DNA of 52,837 nt from an uncultured Planctomycetales bacterium (GTDB lineage Bacteria; Planctomycetota; Phycisphaerae; UBA1845; PWPN01), in assembly GCA_964591605.1 (NCBI GenBank), contig CAZQEN010000004.1:1-52837 (forward strand), written 5' to 3'. A program made the position numbers and the translations under genes. The notes under the pieces were generated by a model, which was not told the origin of the DNA, did no database searches, and was given only the letters and a program-made list of their open reading frames with translations. Within the stretch, counting starts at the first letter, position 1. Each line of letters starts with the position of its first letter. Shown in pieces: positions 16,019 to 24,821 of the stretch.

Positions 16019-16468
16019 TCAGCGGTTTTTGGCTCTTCCCGGACGCAGGCCCTTGCCTCGGGCCGGACGCAACTCCTCCAGATACTTGGACCACTCTTCC
16101 GGCGTCAGATCCGCCTTCTTGCTCCCCTCCTGCGCTTTGGTCAGGACGTCGATGAAGCGGCCGATCTCCTGGGGCTGGAGTTTGCCGTCCTGGTTGCGGT
16201 CCACCACGCGGAACAGACCTTGTCCCGGCTGGCGGGCCTGTCCTTCGGTGGAGTCGGCGGCCGCGGGCCGCGAGCTGGGGCCGGCCAAAGCGCCCCGCCG
16301 TGCCGCCCGGCCCGCTTCAGCGCGACGGCCGGCCCGGCCGGCGCCTTTCACCTGCGACGAGCCGTCGCTGGCGGATTGATCGGCTGCGAGGGACGGCCGG
16401 TCACCCGCGACCAGCAGGACGATGCTGAATAAACCGACCAGCAATCCGGAGGCGATCCACGTTTTCAT
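16019..16468 (-). CDS. secreted EF-hand calcium-binding protein
   Basis: Signal peptide MKTWIASGLLVGLFSIVLLVAG and EF-hand loop DRNQDGKLQPQE. GGGAGA lies 6 nt upstream of ATG 16468; the ORF-track start at 16519 is less likely. Confidence 0.65.
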   Translation of the reverse strand: MKTWIASGLLVGLFSIVLLVAGDRPSLAADQSASDGSSQVKGAGRAGRRAEAGRAARRGALAGPSSRPAAADSTEGQARQPGQGLFRVVDRNQDGKLQPQEIGRFIDVLTKAQEGSKKADLTPEEWSKYLEELRPARGKGLRPGRAKNR

Positions 16469-16599
16469 ATGGGTTTCTCCCGTCAGTGAAAAGAGTTCGA
16501 TTTTCCCGGCTACGGACATAGGAATTCATGGAGGGAAAACGTTGGCCCGGCGCCTTTATTTCACTACAGGTCATCCGGTCGCAGGGTCCGGGCACCGGT

Positions 16600-17550
16600 T
16601 CAGGCGTGCAGGAGTTCTTCAACGTGGAGTTCGACGCTGTCGGCCAGGGCGGCGAGGTTGTAGCCGCCTTCGAGGAAACTGACCAGCCGCCCCTGGCAGT
16701 GCTTCCTGGCCACATCGAGGGCTGCCCGGGTCATCCAGCCGAACATGGGGGTGGTGAGCTGGATGTGGGCGATCGGGTCAGCGCGGTGGGCGTCGAAGCC
16801 CGTGGAGACGAGCAGAAACTCCGGCGCGAAACGGTGAAGGGCGGGGAGGATCTTCTCCTCGAAGGCGCGGCGGTAATCGTCGTCATCGCTTGCGGCGAGC
16901 ATGGGCACGTTGAGTGTGGCGCCCTCGCCGGCTCCGACCCCGCGCTCGCACTCGTAGCCCGTGCCGGGATACATCGTGGCCGGATTCTCGTGGATGCTGC
17001 AGAAGAACACGTCGGGATCGGCCTCGAAGTGATGCTGCGTCGCGTTGCCGTGGTGCACGTCCCAGTCGAGGATGGCGAGGCGTTTGAGGCCGTGCCGCTT
17101 TCGGAGGTGTTCGGCCGCGATGGCGATGTTGTTGAAGAAGCAGAAGCCCATGGCGTGCTTGCGCTCAGCATGGTGCCCTGGAGGCCGCACCGCGCCGAAG
17201 GCGTTGTGGTGCTCCCCGCTCATGACCGCGTCGACCGCGGCAATGGCCCCGCCGGCGGCGATGCGTGCGGTATCGAAGCTGACCGGGCAGATGGGGCAGT
17301 CGCCCGTGTCGAGGTAGGAGTCGCCCCGCTCGCAGGCGCGGCGGAACCGCTCGATATAGACGCCCGTATGAACCCACTCGACACAGGCCAGATCGATCGG
17401 TTCCGGTTCGATCCAGTCGATCAGGGCGCCCAGGCCGTTCTTGTGAAGGCGGTGATGGATTGTCCGGAGGCGGTCGGGCCGTTCAGGATGGCCGGGCGGA
17501 ACCTCGTGGGCGAGGCATCTGTACGAGTAGACGACGGCCGTGGAGCCCAT
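16600..17550 (-). CDS. histone deacetylase-family Zn-dependent deacetylase (AcuC/acetylpolyamine amidohydrolase-like)
   Basis: HPERPDRL, RPPGHHA, DWDVHHGNATQ and GFDAHRADP motifs. Confidence 0.92.
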   Translation of the reverse strand: MGSTAVVYSYRCLAHEVPPGHPERPDRLRTIHHRLHKNGLGALIDWIEPEPIDLACVEWVHTGVYIERFRRACERGDSYLDTGDCPICPVSFDTARIAAGGAIAAVDAVMSGEHHNAFGAVRPPGHHAERKHAMGFCFFNNIAIAAEHLRKRHGLKRLAILDWDVHHGNATQHHFEADPDVFFCSIHENPATMYPGTGYECERGVGAGEGATLNVPMLAASDDDDYRRAFEEKILPALHRFAPEFLLVSTGFDAHRADPIAHIQLTTPMFGWMTRAALDVARKHCQGRLVSFLEGGYNLAALADSVELHVEELLHA

Positions 17551-17632
17551 GGGCGGGATTATAGCGTTTTACGCGCGTTTCGCCCCGTCCCGGTGGGGGG
17601 ATGCGCACTCCAGGCGGCGGGGCCTGTGCTTT

Positions 17633-18613
17633 TCAATCGATGGCGCTGGCGGCTGCTTCCTGGGCGGGTGAGACGCGACGCAGGTGATAGCGGGTCCAGA
17701 GCGCCAGGGTGGCGCCGGTGGTGAGCACCAGACCGCCCACCCACTGGGTCACGGAGAACCGCTCATGCAGAAAGAACGCCGAGCCCAGAATGGTCACGAA
17801 CGGCGAAAGCAGCAGCGTGATCGATGAGACTGCCACGCCCAGCCGCTGGAGCGCGACGTAATACATTCCGTGGGCGGCGGCGATGCCGATGTACGCCGAG
17901 GCGATGAGCAGGACGAGTACGCCCGGGCTCAGGCGCAGGACCGAACGCGGCTCGCCGAGCGGGGCGAGCAGGATCAGGCCGATGCTCGTGTAGTTGCCGA
18001 TGACGCCGAAGACGATCAGGGGATGCAGGCTGCGCATCGTGAAGCGGACGGTCACGTCGTAAAGGCCCCAGAACAGGCTGCATATCAGGACGATGGCAAG
18101 GCCGGCCGCACTGATCGCCAGCTCGTTGCTGCCGACGGTCTGCGGGAGCTCCGGCTTGCCGATGACGGCCATCAGCACGAAGCCGAGCACCGCCAGCCCC
18201 GCAGCCAGCCAGAAGCGCGCGCTGCGGGCCAGTACGCGCTCGTCGCGGAAGATCAGCAGGGCCAGGACGATGCTCCAGATCGTGGAGAGCCGCAGCAGAA
18301 ACGACATGACGCCGGGCTGCATGTAGTAGGGGGCGATGGCAAACAGCGTCTGGCCAATCACGTTTACCACCGCCGGAAGCAGCGCCCACCACCAGAACGA
18401 ACCCAGCCGCACGCCATTCCGCGCGGCGGCGATCAGCAGGGGGATGTAGACGACCGTCGAGATGGGATAGCGCACGAGATTGGTGGTGAAGCCGTCGGGA
18501 ATGTAGTCCGTCAGGTACCGGAGCATGATCGGCGGAACGCCCCAGCAGACAATCGAGCCCAGAAGGCAGATCACCGCGACGATGTCCTGACCGGAGCGAC
18601 GCATGTTCTTCAC
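17633..18613 (-). CDS. DMT superfamily (EamA-like) transporter
   Basis: Ten predicted TM helices arranged as two EamA-type halves. Confidence 0.85.
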   Translation of the reverse strand: MKNMRRSGQDIVAVICLLGSIVCWGVPPIMLRYLTDYIPDGFTTNLVRYPISTVVYIPLLIAAARNGVRLGSFWWWALLPAVVNVIGQTLFAIAPYYMQPGVMSFLLRLSTIWSIVLALLIFRDERVLARSARFWLAAGLAVLGFVLMAVIGKPELPQTVGSNELAISAAGLAIVLICSLFWGLYDVTVRFTMRSLHPLIVFGVIGNYTSIGLILLAPLGEPRSVLRLSPGVLVLLIASAYIGIAAAHGMYYVALQRLGVAVSSITLLLSPFVTILGSAFFLHERFSVTQWVGGLVLTTGATLALWTRYHLRRVSPAQEAAASAID

Positions 18614-18718
18614 GCTCTTGGCACGCGCAGAGCGGGGAGAATACCGGCGCAGAGGCCGGTGGGGAAGTGCCCGCCGGCATCGTCGGATTCGGTCAGAGCG
18701 GGCCGTATAATCCGTGCC

Positions 18719-19471
18719 ATGTCAGACGCCATCATCGAGATCGCCGAGCGGCTGCGGGGTGCGAAGAGGGCCGTCGCCTTCACGGGTGCGGGCATCAGCA
18801 CCGAGAGCGGTATTCCGGACTTCCGCAGTCCCGGCGGCGTGTGGACGCGCTATCGCACCGTTTACTACGACGAGTTCATGAGCAGCGCGGCTGCCCGTGC
18901 TGAATACTGGCGCATGAAGCGCGAACTCTACACCCAGTGCCGGGAGGTGAAGCCTAACGCCGGGCACGTTGCGCTGGCCCGGCTCGAGACGGCGGGACGG
19001 ATGCGAGCCGTCATCACGCAGAATATCGACGGCCTGCATCAGGACGCGGGAAGCCGCAGCGTGCTCGAACTGCACGGGACCGGGCGCTTCGTCGAGTGCG
19101 TGACCTGCCGGAAGCGCTGGCCGGCGGAGGTCATCTTCGAGCGGGCGGACCTCGCCGACCAGGTTCCCACCTGTGCCGAATGCGGCGGATACCTCAAGCC
19201 GGCGACGGTGATGTTCGGCCAGATGCTGCCCGCCGACGTGCTTCAGGCCGCGGACCGCGTCTCGCGCGAGGCCGACGTCTTTCTGGCCATCGGCTCGTCG
19301 CTGGTGGTCGAGCCGGCGGCGTCGCTCCCGCGCTTCGCCCAGGCGTGCGGGGCGTGGCTGGTCATCATCAACCGCGACCCGACGCCGCTGGATCCGATCG
19401 CCGACCGCATCGTGCGCGGCTCGATCGGCGAAGCACTGGCGGCGATCGAGACGGCGGCGGCTCGATCGTGA
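18719..19471 (+). CDS. cobB: NAD-dependent protein deacylase (Sir2/CobB)
   Basis: FTGAGISTESGIPDFRSPGG, ITQNIDGLH, LHG, Zn ribbon CVTC...CAECG, and GSSLVV. The upstream part of ORF 17870-19471 is antisense to the EamA gene. Confidence 0.92.
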   Translation: MSDAIIEIAERLRGAKRAVAFTGAGISTESGIPDFRSPGGVWTRYRTVYYDEFMSSAAARAEYWRMKRELYTQCREVKPNAGHVALARLETAGRMRAVITQNIDGLHQDAGSRSVLELHGTGRFVECVTCRKRWPAEVIFERADLADQVPTCAECGGYLKPATVMFGQMLPADVLQAADRVSREADVFLAIGSSLVVEPAASLPRFAQACGAWLVIINRDPTPLDPIADRIVRGSIGEALAAIETAAARS

Positions 19472-19494
19472 CCTTGCTTTCACCGCTCGACCTG

Positions 19495-20514
19495 TCAAGC
19501 CGACAGGCGTGCGGACAGCTCCAGCCGTTTCACACCGCGGATGACCGTGAGCGTGACCGCGCCATCAGGCGGATACCGCGTCAGCAGGCGGTGCAGATCG
19601 TCGATGCCGCTGACGATGCGGTCGTTCATGCTGACGATGATGTCGCCGACCTGAACGCCGGCCCTTGCGGCTGCGCCCTTGGAGTCGAGGCTCATGACCT
19701 GCACGCCGCGATCGTTCAGGAGATCGAGGTGCCGGGCGAGCCGCCGCTGGATGGGTACGACGGCCGCACCGATGCCGAGTTGCGGCCGCGTGACCTTGCC
19801 GTGCGAGATGAGCTCGCCCACGACCCATCTGGCCGTCTGGGCGGGGACGGCGAAGCCGAGGCCCTGGGCCATGGCAATGATGGCGGTGTTGATGCCCACC
19901 ACGCGGCCGCGCGAATCGACGAGTGGCCCCCCTGAGTTGCCGGGGTTGAGCGGTGCCGTGTGCTGAATGATGCTCTCGATGAGCCGGCCCTCCTGACTGC
20001 GCATGGCGCGGCCCAGGGCGCTGATCACGCCCGTCGAGACGGTTGACTGGAAGCCCAGCGGGTTGCCTACCGCGATGACGAGCTGTCCGACGCGCAGGGC
20101 GTCTGAATCGCCGAGCTGGGCATAGGGCAGCTCGCGGGCGTTGAGGTGGAGGAGCGCCAGATCGGTCGCCGGATCGTCGCCGATGAGTTCGGCGTCGAGT
20201 CGGTCGCCTTCCTGCGTCATCGCGACGAGCCTGGGGCTGCCGTGGGCGACGTGGCTGTTGGTCAGGGCGTAGCCGTCGGGCGCGATGAGGAAGGCCGACC
20301 CGATCCCGCCCTGCGTCCCGCCGGTGCGCATCACGCCCACGACGGCCGGCCCGACCGCTTCGACCACGCGAATCACCGCCTGGGAGTAGGCATCAAGCAC
20401 GTCCGCGTCGGTGAGCGGCGTCGCTGGCGTCGCCGCGGGTGGAGGGGTGGGTCCAGGCTCACCGGCCGACCCGGACACCAACTGCAAAAGGCGTGTCGTG
20501 TCTCCCGTTCGCAT
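19495..20514 (-). CDS. HtrA/DegP-family serine protease with one PDZ domain
   Basis: Catalytic triad contexts LTNSHV, DLALLH and GNSGGPLV; PDZ signature GVQVMSLDSKGAAARAGVQVGDII. ATG 20514 is preceded by GAGGAG. Confidence 0.9.
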   Translation of the reverse strand: MRTGDTTRLLQLVSGSAGEPGPTPPPAATPATPLTDADVLDAYSQAVIRVVEAVGPAVVGVMRTGGTQGGIGSAFLIAPDGYALTNSHVAHGSPRLVAMTQEGDRLDAELIGDDPATDLALLHLNARELPYAQLGDSDALRVGQLVIAVGNPLGFQSTVSTGVISALGRAMRSQEGRLIESIIQHTAPLNPGNSGGPLVDSRGRVVGINTAIIAMAQGLGFAVPAQTARWVVGELISHGKVTRPQLGIGAAVVPIQRRLARHLDLLNDRGVQVMSLDSKGAAARAGVQVGDIIVSMNDRIVSGIDDLHRLLTRYPPDGAVTLTVIRGVKRLELSARLSA

Positions 20515-20744
20515 AGGGCACTCCTCGTTCTGCCGGAGGATCGTAGACGGCCTTGGTTTAGCCGGCCAATCGCGAGGTGCTGGATGCCTTCTTTCACGGG
20601 AGCCCGGTGCAGATCTTGCCGGGAAAGCCGTCACAGGCCTTTGAGCACCTGTGATCCGAATCGTGGTTCCCGCCCACAGCCGTCGCCGTGTCAGAGTGTG
20701 AGCTTGCGCGCCTTCTTCAGCACCAAGGGTGCTGTGTCCTCCAG

Positions 20745-21538
20745 CCCAGGGTTGTCCGACGTAGTCGGGCAACCCTGGGTCCTGGTGGCGGCGTTACCTC
20801 GACCCCAACGGGGTTGTGTCGTTCGTGGCCTGTCAAGTCTCCGTCTTTCAACACGGAGGACCTGCGCCTTGGCGTGCACCCGCTCAATTTGGCGCCAAAC
20901 ACGAGGGGTCTCATAATCGATAGGGCTTCCAGAACCACCATAAGACGTACATGGGAGTCAACACCATGCCCCAATCACTCTCTGCCGTCTACATTCATCT
21001 TGTGTTTTCGACGAAGGAACGCCGGCCGTTCCTTCGGGATCAGACAAAACGGGCAGAGCTTCACTCCTACCTCGGCGCGGTCAGCAAAGAACTCGATTGT
21101 CCCCCGATCCGGGTAGGTGGTGTCGAGGATCATGTGCATGTCCTCGCCCGCTTTGGACGAACGATCACGCAGGCAGACTGGGTGAAGGAACTGAAGCGCG
21201 TCTCGAGCATATGGATGAAGGAACAGGGCCCGCCATACGCGGATTTCCAGTGGCAGGGCGGCTACGCGGACTTCTCGGTCAGCCGGTCAAACCAGCGCCA
21301 GGTTGTCGATTACATCGATGCACAGGAGCAGCATCATCGGAAGATGACCTTCCAGGACGAACTGCGCGAGTTGCTTCGCAGGCACGAGATTGAGTTCGAC
21401 GAACGATATCTCTGGGATTGAGAGGTACCCGCTGGGACGCAACCCCGTTGGGGTTGTGAAGATCCGGGCAAACGCGAACCCAGGGTAGGTCGCCTGCGGC
21501 GACCAACCCTGGGCTGTGGGGCGTTACGCCTTCGGCGT
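20745..21538 (+). mobile_element. Y1 (HUH) transposase unit with flanking hairpins (IS200/IS605- or RayT/REPtron-like)
   Basis: The left flank has a hairpin CCCAGGGTTG...CAACCCTGGG (20745-20779) and ACCCCAACGGGGT (20802-20814). The right flank has AACCCCGTTGGGGTT (21440-21454), hairpin CCCAGGGTAGGTCGC...GCGACCAACCCTGGG (21478-21512) and TACGCC-TTC-GGCGTA (21524-21538). No terminal inverted repeats or target duplication were identified. Confidence 0.6.
20966..21421 (+). CDS. IS200/REP-associated tyrosine (Y1/HUH) transposase family protein
   Basis: MPQSLSAVYIHLVFSTKERRPFL N-terminus, HUH motif HVHVL, and a C-terminal QGGYADFSVS...HHRK region. GGGAG lies 8 nt upstream of ATG 20966. Confidence 0.8.
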   Translation: MPQSLSAVYIHLVFSTKERRPFLRDQTKRAELHSYLGAVSKELDCPPIRVGGVEDHVHVLARFGRTITQADWVKELKRVSSIWMKEQGPPYADFQWQGGYADFSVSRSNQRQVVDYIDAQEQHHRKMTFQDELRELLRRHEIEFDERYLWD

Positions 21539-21949
21539 AGATACGTCTCGCGGGTTCACCGGGCGCGGTTCTCCGCATTCCGGACAGACATCGCCCGATC
21601 CGCGCAGGTCGTATCCACACCATACGCACAGACCCTGCCCTTGCCTTTTGTACGCGCGTTTCAGCGATACCCTGCGAATCATGTGTATGATGGCCCAGCC
21701 TGGGGCGGCCCAGAATAAGAGGCAGATGCAGATTCCGACCGGTTTGACCGACCATGTCAGATTCGTGGGCATCGTGGCTGAATCATTCTTGCCGGCAGGG
21801 TTTATTCCCTCCAACCAGGCTACGGGGAGACCTCGATAGGCGATGCCGACCGGGATCGGATCGTCTATCCCGTATCGCGAGGAGAAGACCGTAACCCCAG
21901 CAGCGAATAGCAGTTGAAGGAGGTATGCGGATCTTCGCGGCCAAGGCAT
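21524..21949 (-). CDS. membrane protein with C-terminal zinc ribbon
   Basis: Two hydrophobic segments, then CVWCGYDLRGSGDVCPECG. It is a paralogue by motif of 11269-11523. Confidence 0.55.
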   Translation of the reverse strand: MPWPRRSAYLLQLLFAAGVTVFSSRYGIDDPIPVGIAYRGLPVAWLEGINPAGKNDSATMPTNLTWSVKPVGICICLLFWAAPGWAIIHMIRRVSLKRAYKRQGQGLCVWCGYDLRGSGDVCPECGEPRPVNPRDVSTPKA

Positions 21950-21952
21950 GGC

Positions 21953-22801
21953 TCAGCCCTTGATCCGCCCGCGCAGCCATTCGACGCTGCGTTTGATGGC
22001 GGTGGGCGTGCCGACGCATTCGATGGAGAAGACGCCGTCCCAGCCGGCGCGGTTCAGGAGCCTGATGCACTCGGTGATGTTGTCGGCGTTGACGCCTTCT
22101 CCGATTGCGACCTCGCTGGTGCCGATCCCCGTTTCCTCGCCCCGCATGGCGGCCGCGAGTTCTTTGCTCACGTCCTTGCAGTGCACGTGCGAGATCTTGT
22201 CGGCGAAGCGTTTGCAGTAGGCCACCGGGTCCTGGCCGGCGATGAACGTGTTGCCGGTGTCGAAGTTCATGCGCAGGTGCGGCGAATCGAACCAGCTCAG
22301 CATGCGCTCCATCGTGTCGGGGTCGGTGGTGTAGGGCCCGTGCGGCTCGATGTCGATGATGATGTCGTAATCGACGGCCCACTCGAGGATCTGGCGGTAG
22401 TTCTGCCGGGTCATCGCCAGCACTTCCTCGTCGCTGTAGCCCTCGGGCTTCTTCGCCCCGTCGGTCGTATCGACGCGCGGGCAGCCGATGGCCGCCGCGA
22501 ACTGGATCGCCTTCTGCGCGTAACGCACGCCGTGCGTCGCCCCGAGCGGACCGGTGATGGGGTAGGCCGCGTCGATCTGCGAGATCTGGAGGCCGTTGGC
22601 GTCGAGGTACTTCTTGAGGCGGATCGGGTTGCTGTCGAGCGAGACGGTGGGGGCGTAGCCCAGCCCCTGCACGAAGTCCTGCCCGTCGATCACGCCGAAC
22701 TCGATGTACTCGAGCCCGTGGGCCTTCGCCGATGCCACTGCATCGGCCATGTTTCCGCCCAGCGTCCGCCAGTTGTCGGTGTGCATGCCGAGGTCAATCA
22801 T
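21953..22801 (-). CDS. sugar phosphate isomerase/epimerase (xylose isomerase-like TIM barrel)
   Basis: The family pattern HGLEYIEFG...IIIDIEPHGPYT...FDTGNTFIAG...HVHCKD is present throughout. Confidence 0.88.
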   Translation of the reverse strand: MIDLGMHTDNWRTLGGNMADAVASAKAHGLEYIEFGVIDGQDFVQGLGYAPTVSLDSNPIRLKKYLDANGLQISQIDAAYPITGPLGATHGVRYAQKAIQFAAAIGCPRVDTTDGAKKPEGYSDEEVLAMTRQNYRQILEWAVDYDIIIDIEPHGPYTTDPDTMERMLSWFDSPHLRMNFDTGNTFIAGQDPVAYCKRFADKISHVHCKDVSKELAAAMRGEETGIGTSEVAIGEGVNADNITECIRLLNRAGWDGVFSIECVGTPTAIKRSVEWLRGRIKG

Positions 22802-23160
22802 GATGACACGCCTTTCGACTGAGACTGCAGTTGAGAGATCAGGAGGTTCAGAACGTGATGATGGATCTCGGCAGGTAAAGAAGCCAATCTTCGCTGGAGC
22901 AATGGCCCACTGATCGTGCCGAGCTTGAGAAGGCGGAAGCTGGAGGAGCGCTTCAGGCCGGTATGGCTGAAGGCGGGGTGCCGCTGGCTGAGCAGGAACT
23001 CATCGGCCGGATTCGGTGCCGGCTGCGAACTCACGAACATGACGAGGTAGTCAGAGTACGAATCGCTGCGGGCGAGCACAAGCACCGGGCGGAACTTGCT
23101 TCTCCCGTCGTCAGCGAACGGGAACCGGCCGATGACGATGTCGCCCGCTGAGAACCTCAT
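22798..23160 (-). CDS. type II toxin, PemK/MazF-like
   Basis: The N-terminus GDIVIGRFPFADDGRSKFRPVLVL is typical of the PemK fold. It overlaps the upstream small ORF by 4 nt. Confidence 0.75.
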   Translation of the reverse strand: MRFSAGDIVIGRFPFADDGRSKFRPVLVLARSDSYSDYLVMFVSSQPAPNPADEFLLSQRHPAFSHTGLKRSSSFRLLKLGTISGPLLQRRLASLPAEIHHHVLNLLISQLQSQSKGVSS

Positions 23161-23384
23161 GACTCGCTCTCTGCATCCTCCTGCGTGTAAACGTCTTCCT
23201 GGGGATCCCAGAGGAAAGCCCAGCCGGGATCATGTCTGAGGAGCGCCAGAGTAGCAGCGCACTCGGGAGAGACATCCTCCGAAAGAATGATCACCTCAAC
23301 AGGATGGTCCTTCTTGACCGGTACGTCTCTGAGCGCCAGTTCGCCGTCCTGCTCCGGTATCACATGTCTCTTGATCGCCTGCAT
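23157..23384 (-). CDS. putative antitoxin
   Basis: 75-codon acidic-tailed ORF translationally coupled (ATGA) to the PemK-like gene. A TATAAT on the minus strand at 23412-23417 lies upstream. No family was recognised. Confidence 0.55.
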   Translation of the reverse strand: MQAIKRHVIPEQDGELALRDVPVKKDHPVEVIILSEDVSPECAATLALLRHDPGWAFLWDPQEDVYTQEDAESES

Positions 23385-23489
23385 CGCAGCGCCCTCGGGA
23401 CCCACAGCCGTATTATAGCGTCGTGTCTATCGCGCTCCGAGAGGCCCACGGACATCACGGAGCCACACCCACCCGGAACTCGCTCCCAT

Positions 23490-24821
23490 TCATTTGTCCA
23501 GCGGCTGAATCCGGATGTCCCGGAAGCGCACTTCCATCGCCGGGCCGGCGTGGATCTGCAGGGCGATCACGCCGCGGGCGGGCTGCAGGCCGGGCTCCTT
23601 TTCCTCGTATTCGACGGTGGTCAGGCCGTTGAGCGTGATGGTGATTTTCGGGCCGACCGCCCGGACGGTCATCTCGTTCCAGCCGTCGAGGACGGCCACC
23701 TTCTCGCCCCTGTCCTTCCAGCCGTTGGCCAGGACCCTGCGTTTGCCTCCCTCTTCGTAGAGGCTTCCGTACCAGCCCTCGGCCGCGTCCGCCTGATAGC
23801 CCTTGACGACGAACTCGTCGAACGCCCGGCTTCGGAACTGGACGCCGCTGTTGCCGTTTCGCAGCCGGACGGAGAACTTCAGGAAGAAGTCCCCGTACTC
23901 CCCGCGGGCGATCAGGAACTGGTTGTGCTTGAGGTCGCCTTTCTGCGCGGTGCGTCCGACGATCGTCCCATCCTCGACCGACCAGTGCTTTTCCGGCAGC
24001 CAGCCGTCGAGGTTTGCGCCGTTAAAGAGCAGCTTGAAGCCGGCCCGCTCCTCACCCCGGGTCAGGACGTTATGCGGCGTATCGGGGAGCCCCCGGCCGG
24101 CCCAGCGGACGCCGTTGTGGAGCAGCGTGATGAAGCGCTCATCGCCCTGTGACTTCTCGTCATGCCCGAACGTGACCGCAAAGACCCGGCCCTGCCCTTC
24201 GGAGCGGATCCAGACCTGCGGATCCGGCCCTTCGCGAGGTTTGCCGTCCGGTCCGGGCAGGACATGCGACGTGCGGGCGAGGACTTCGGCCGTCCGGTCG
24301 CGCTTGTCGACGTAGTACGCCTCATCGGTGATCTCGAAGCGGTTGCCGACGCCCAGCATCGTCGCATGAGTCGCATCCAGGACGCTGACCGGGAACGCGC
24401 CGAACCTGTCGTGGCCCGGCGCGAAACCACCGACCAATGGCGTCCATTCCGACCAGTTCTGGTAGCTCCAGAGCGCACAATGCATCGCCACCAGGCCTTT
24501 CCCGTTGCGGACGAACGCGAGAATTGCCTGCTGAAGGGCTTCGGGGACTTCGGTCTGCTCGCAGTTGTTGAACAGGAGCACGTCGGCACCGGCGAGACGG
24601 GCGATGTCCAGATCGAGGATGCTGGGGACCACCTCGACCTTCATTTCGCCCCGCTGCGTCAGCCGGTCGGCCAGGATGGCGGGCAGGGTCTTGTAGTCGT
24701 GGTACTCGCCGCCGGTGATCATGAGCACCTGCAGAGGTTTCGATTCTGCACCAAACGCCACGGCCGCCAGGACCAGGGGCAACGACAGGCAGAGCGTGCG
24801 GACAAGGGAGGGCAGCGACAT
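23490..24821 (-). CDS. secreted ThuA-like domain fused to a DUF1080 (3-keto-disaccharide hydrolase-like) domain
   Basis: Signal peptide MSLPSLVRTLCLSLPLVLAAVAFG. ThuA pattern VLMITGGEYHDY...VLLFNNCE...GLVAMHCA. DUF1080 pattern LFNGANLDGW...NSGVQFRS...GYQAD...IALQIHAG. Confidence 0.85.
   Translation of the reverse strand: MSLPSLVRTLCLSLPLVLAAVAFGAESKPLQVLMITGGEYHDYKTLPAILADRLTQRGEMKVEVVPSILDLDIARLAGADVLLFNNCEQTEVPEALQQAILAFVRNGKGLVAMHCALWSYQNWSEWTPLVGGFAPGHDRFGAFPVSVLDATHATMLGVGNRFEITDEAYYVDKRDRTAEVLARTSHVLPGPDGKPREGPDPQVWIRSEGQGRVFAVTFGHDEKSQGDERFITLLHNGVRWAGRGLPDTPHNVLTRGEERAGFKLLFNGANLDGWLPEKHWSVEDGTIVGRTAQKGDLKHNQFLIARGEYGDFFLKFSVRLRNGNSGVQFRSRAFDEFVVKGYQADAAEGWYGSLYEEGGKRRVLANGWKDRGEKVAVLDGWNEMTVRAVGPKITITLNGLTTVEYEEKEPGLQPARGVIALQIHAGPAMEVRFRDIRIQPLDK

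Noticed and set aside
16528-17724. 398-codon plus-strand ORF.
   Set aside because: It is antisense to the HDAC-family gene, which carries all the catalytic motifs.
17870-18718. N-terminal 283-codon extension of the cobB ORF.
   Set aside because: It is antisense to the EamA transporter. Sir2 homology begins at MSDAIIE (ATG 18719).
18719-19471. Considered Sir2 as a component of an anti-phage system (Thoeris, DSR or SIR2-HerA-like).
   Set aside because: It is a compact canonical CobB with a Zn ribbon and no extra effector or sensor domains. No partner defence genes lie nearby.
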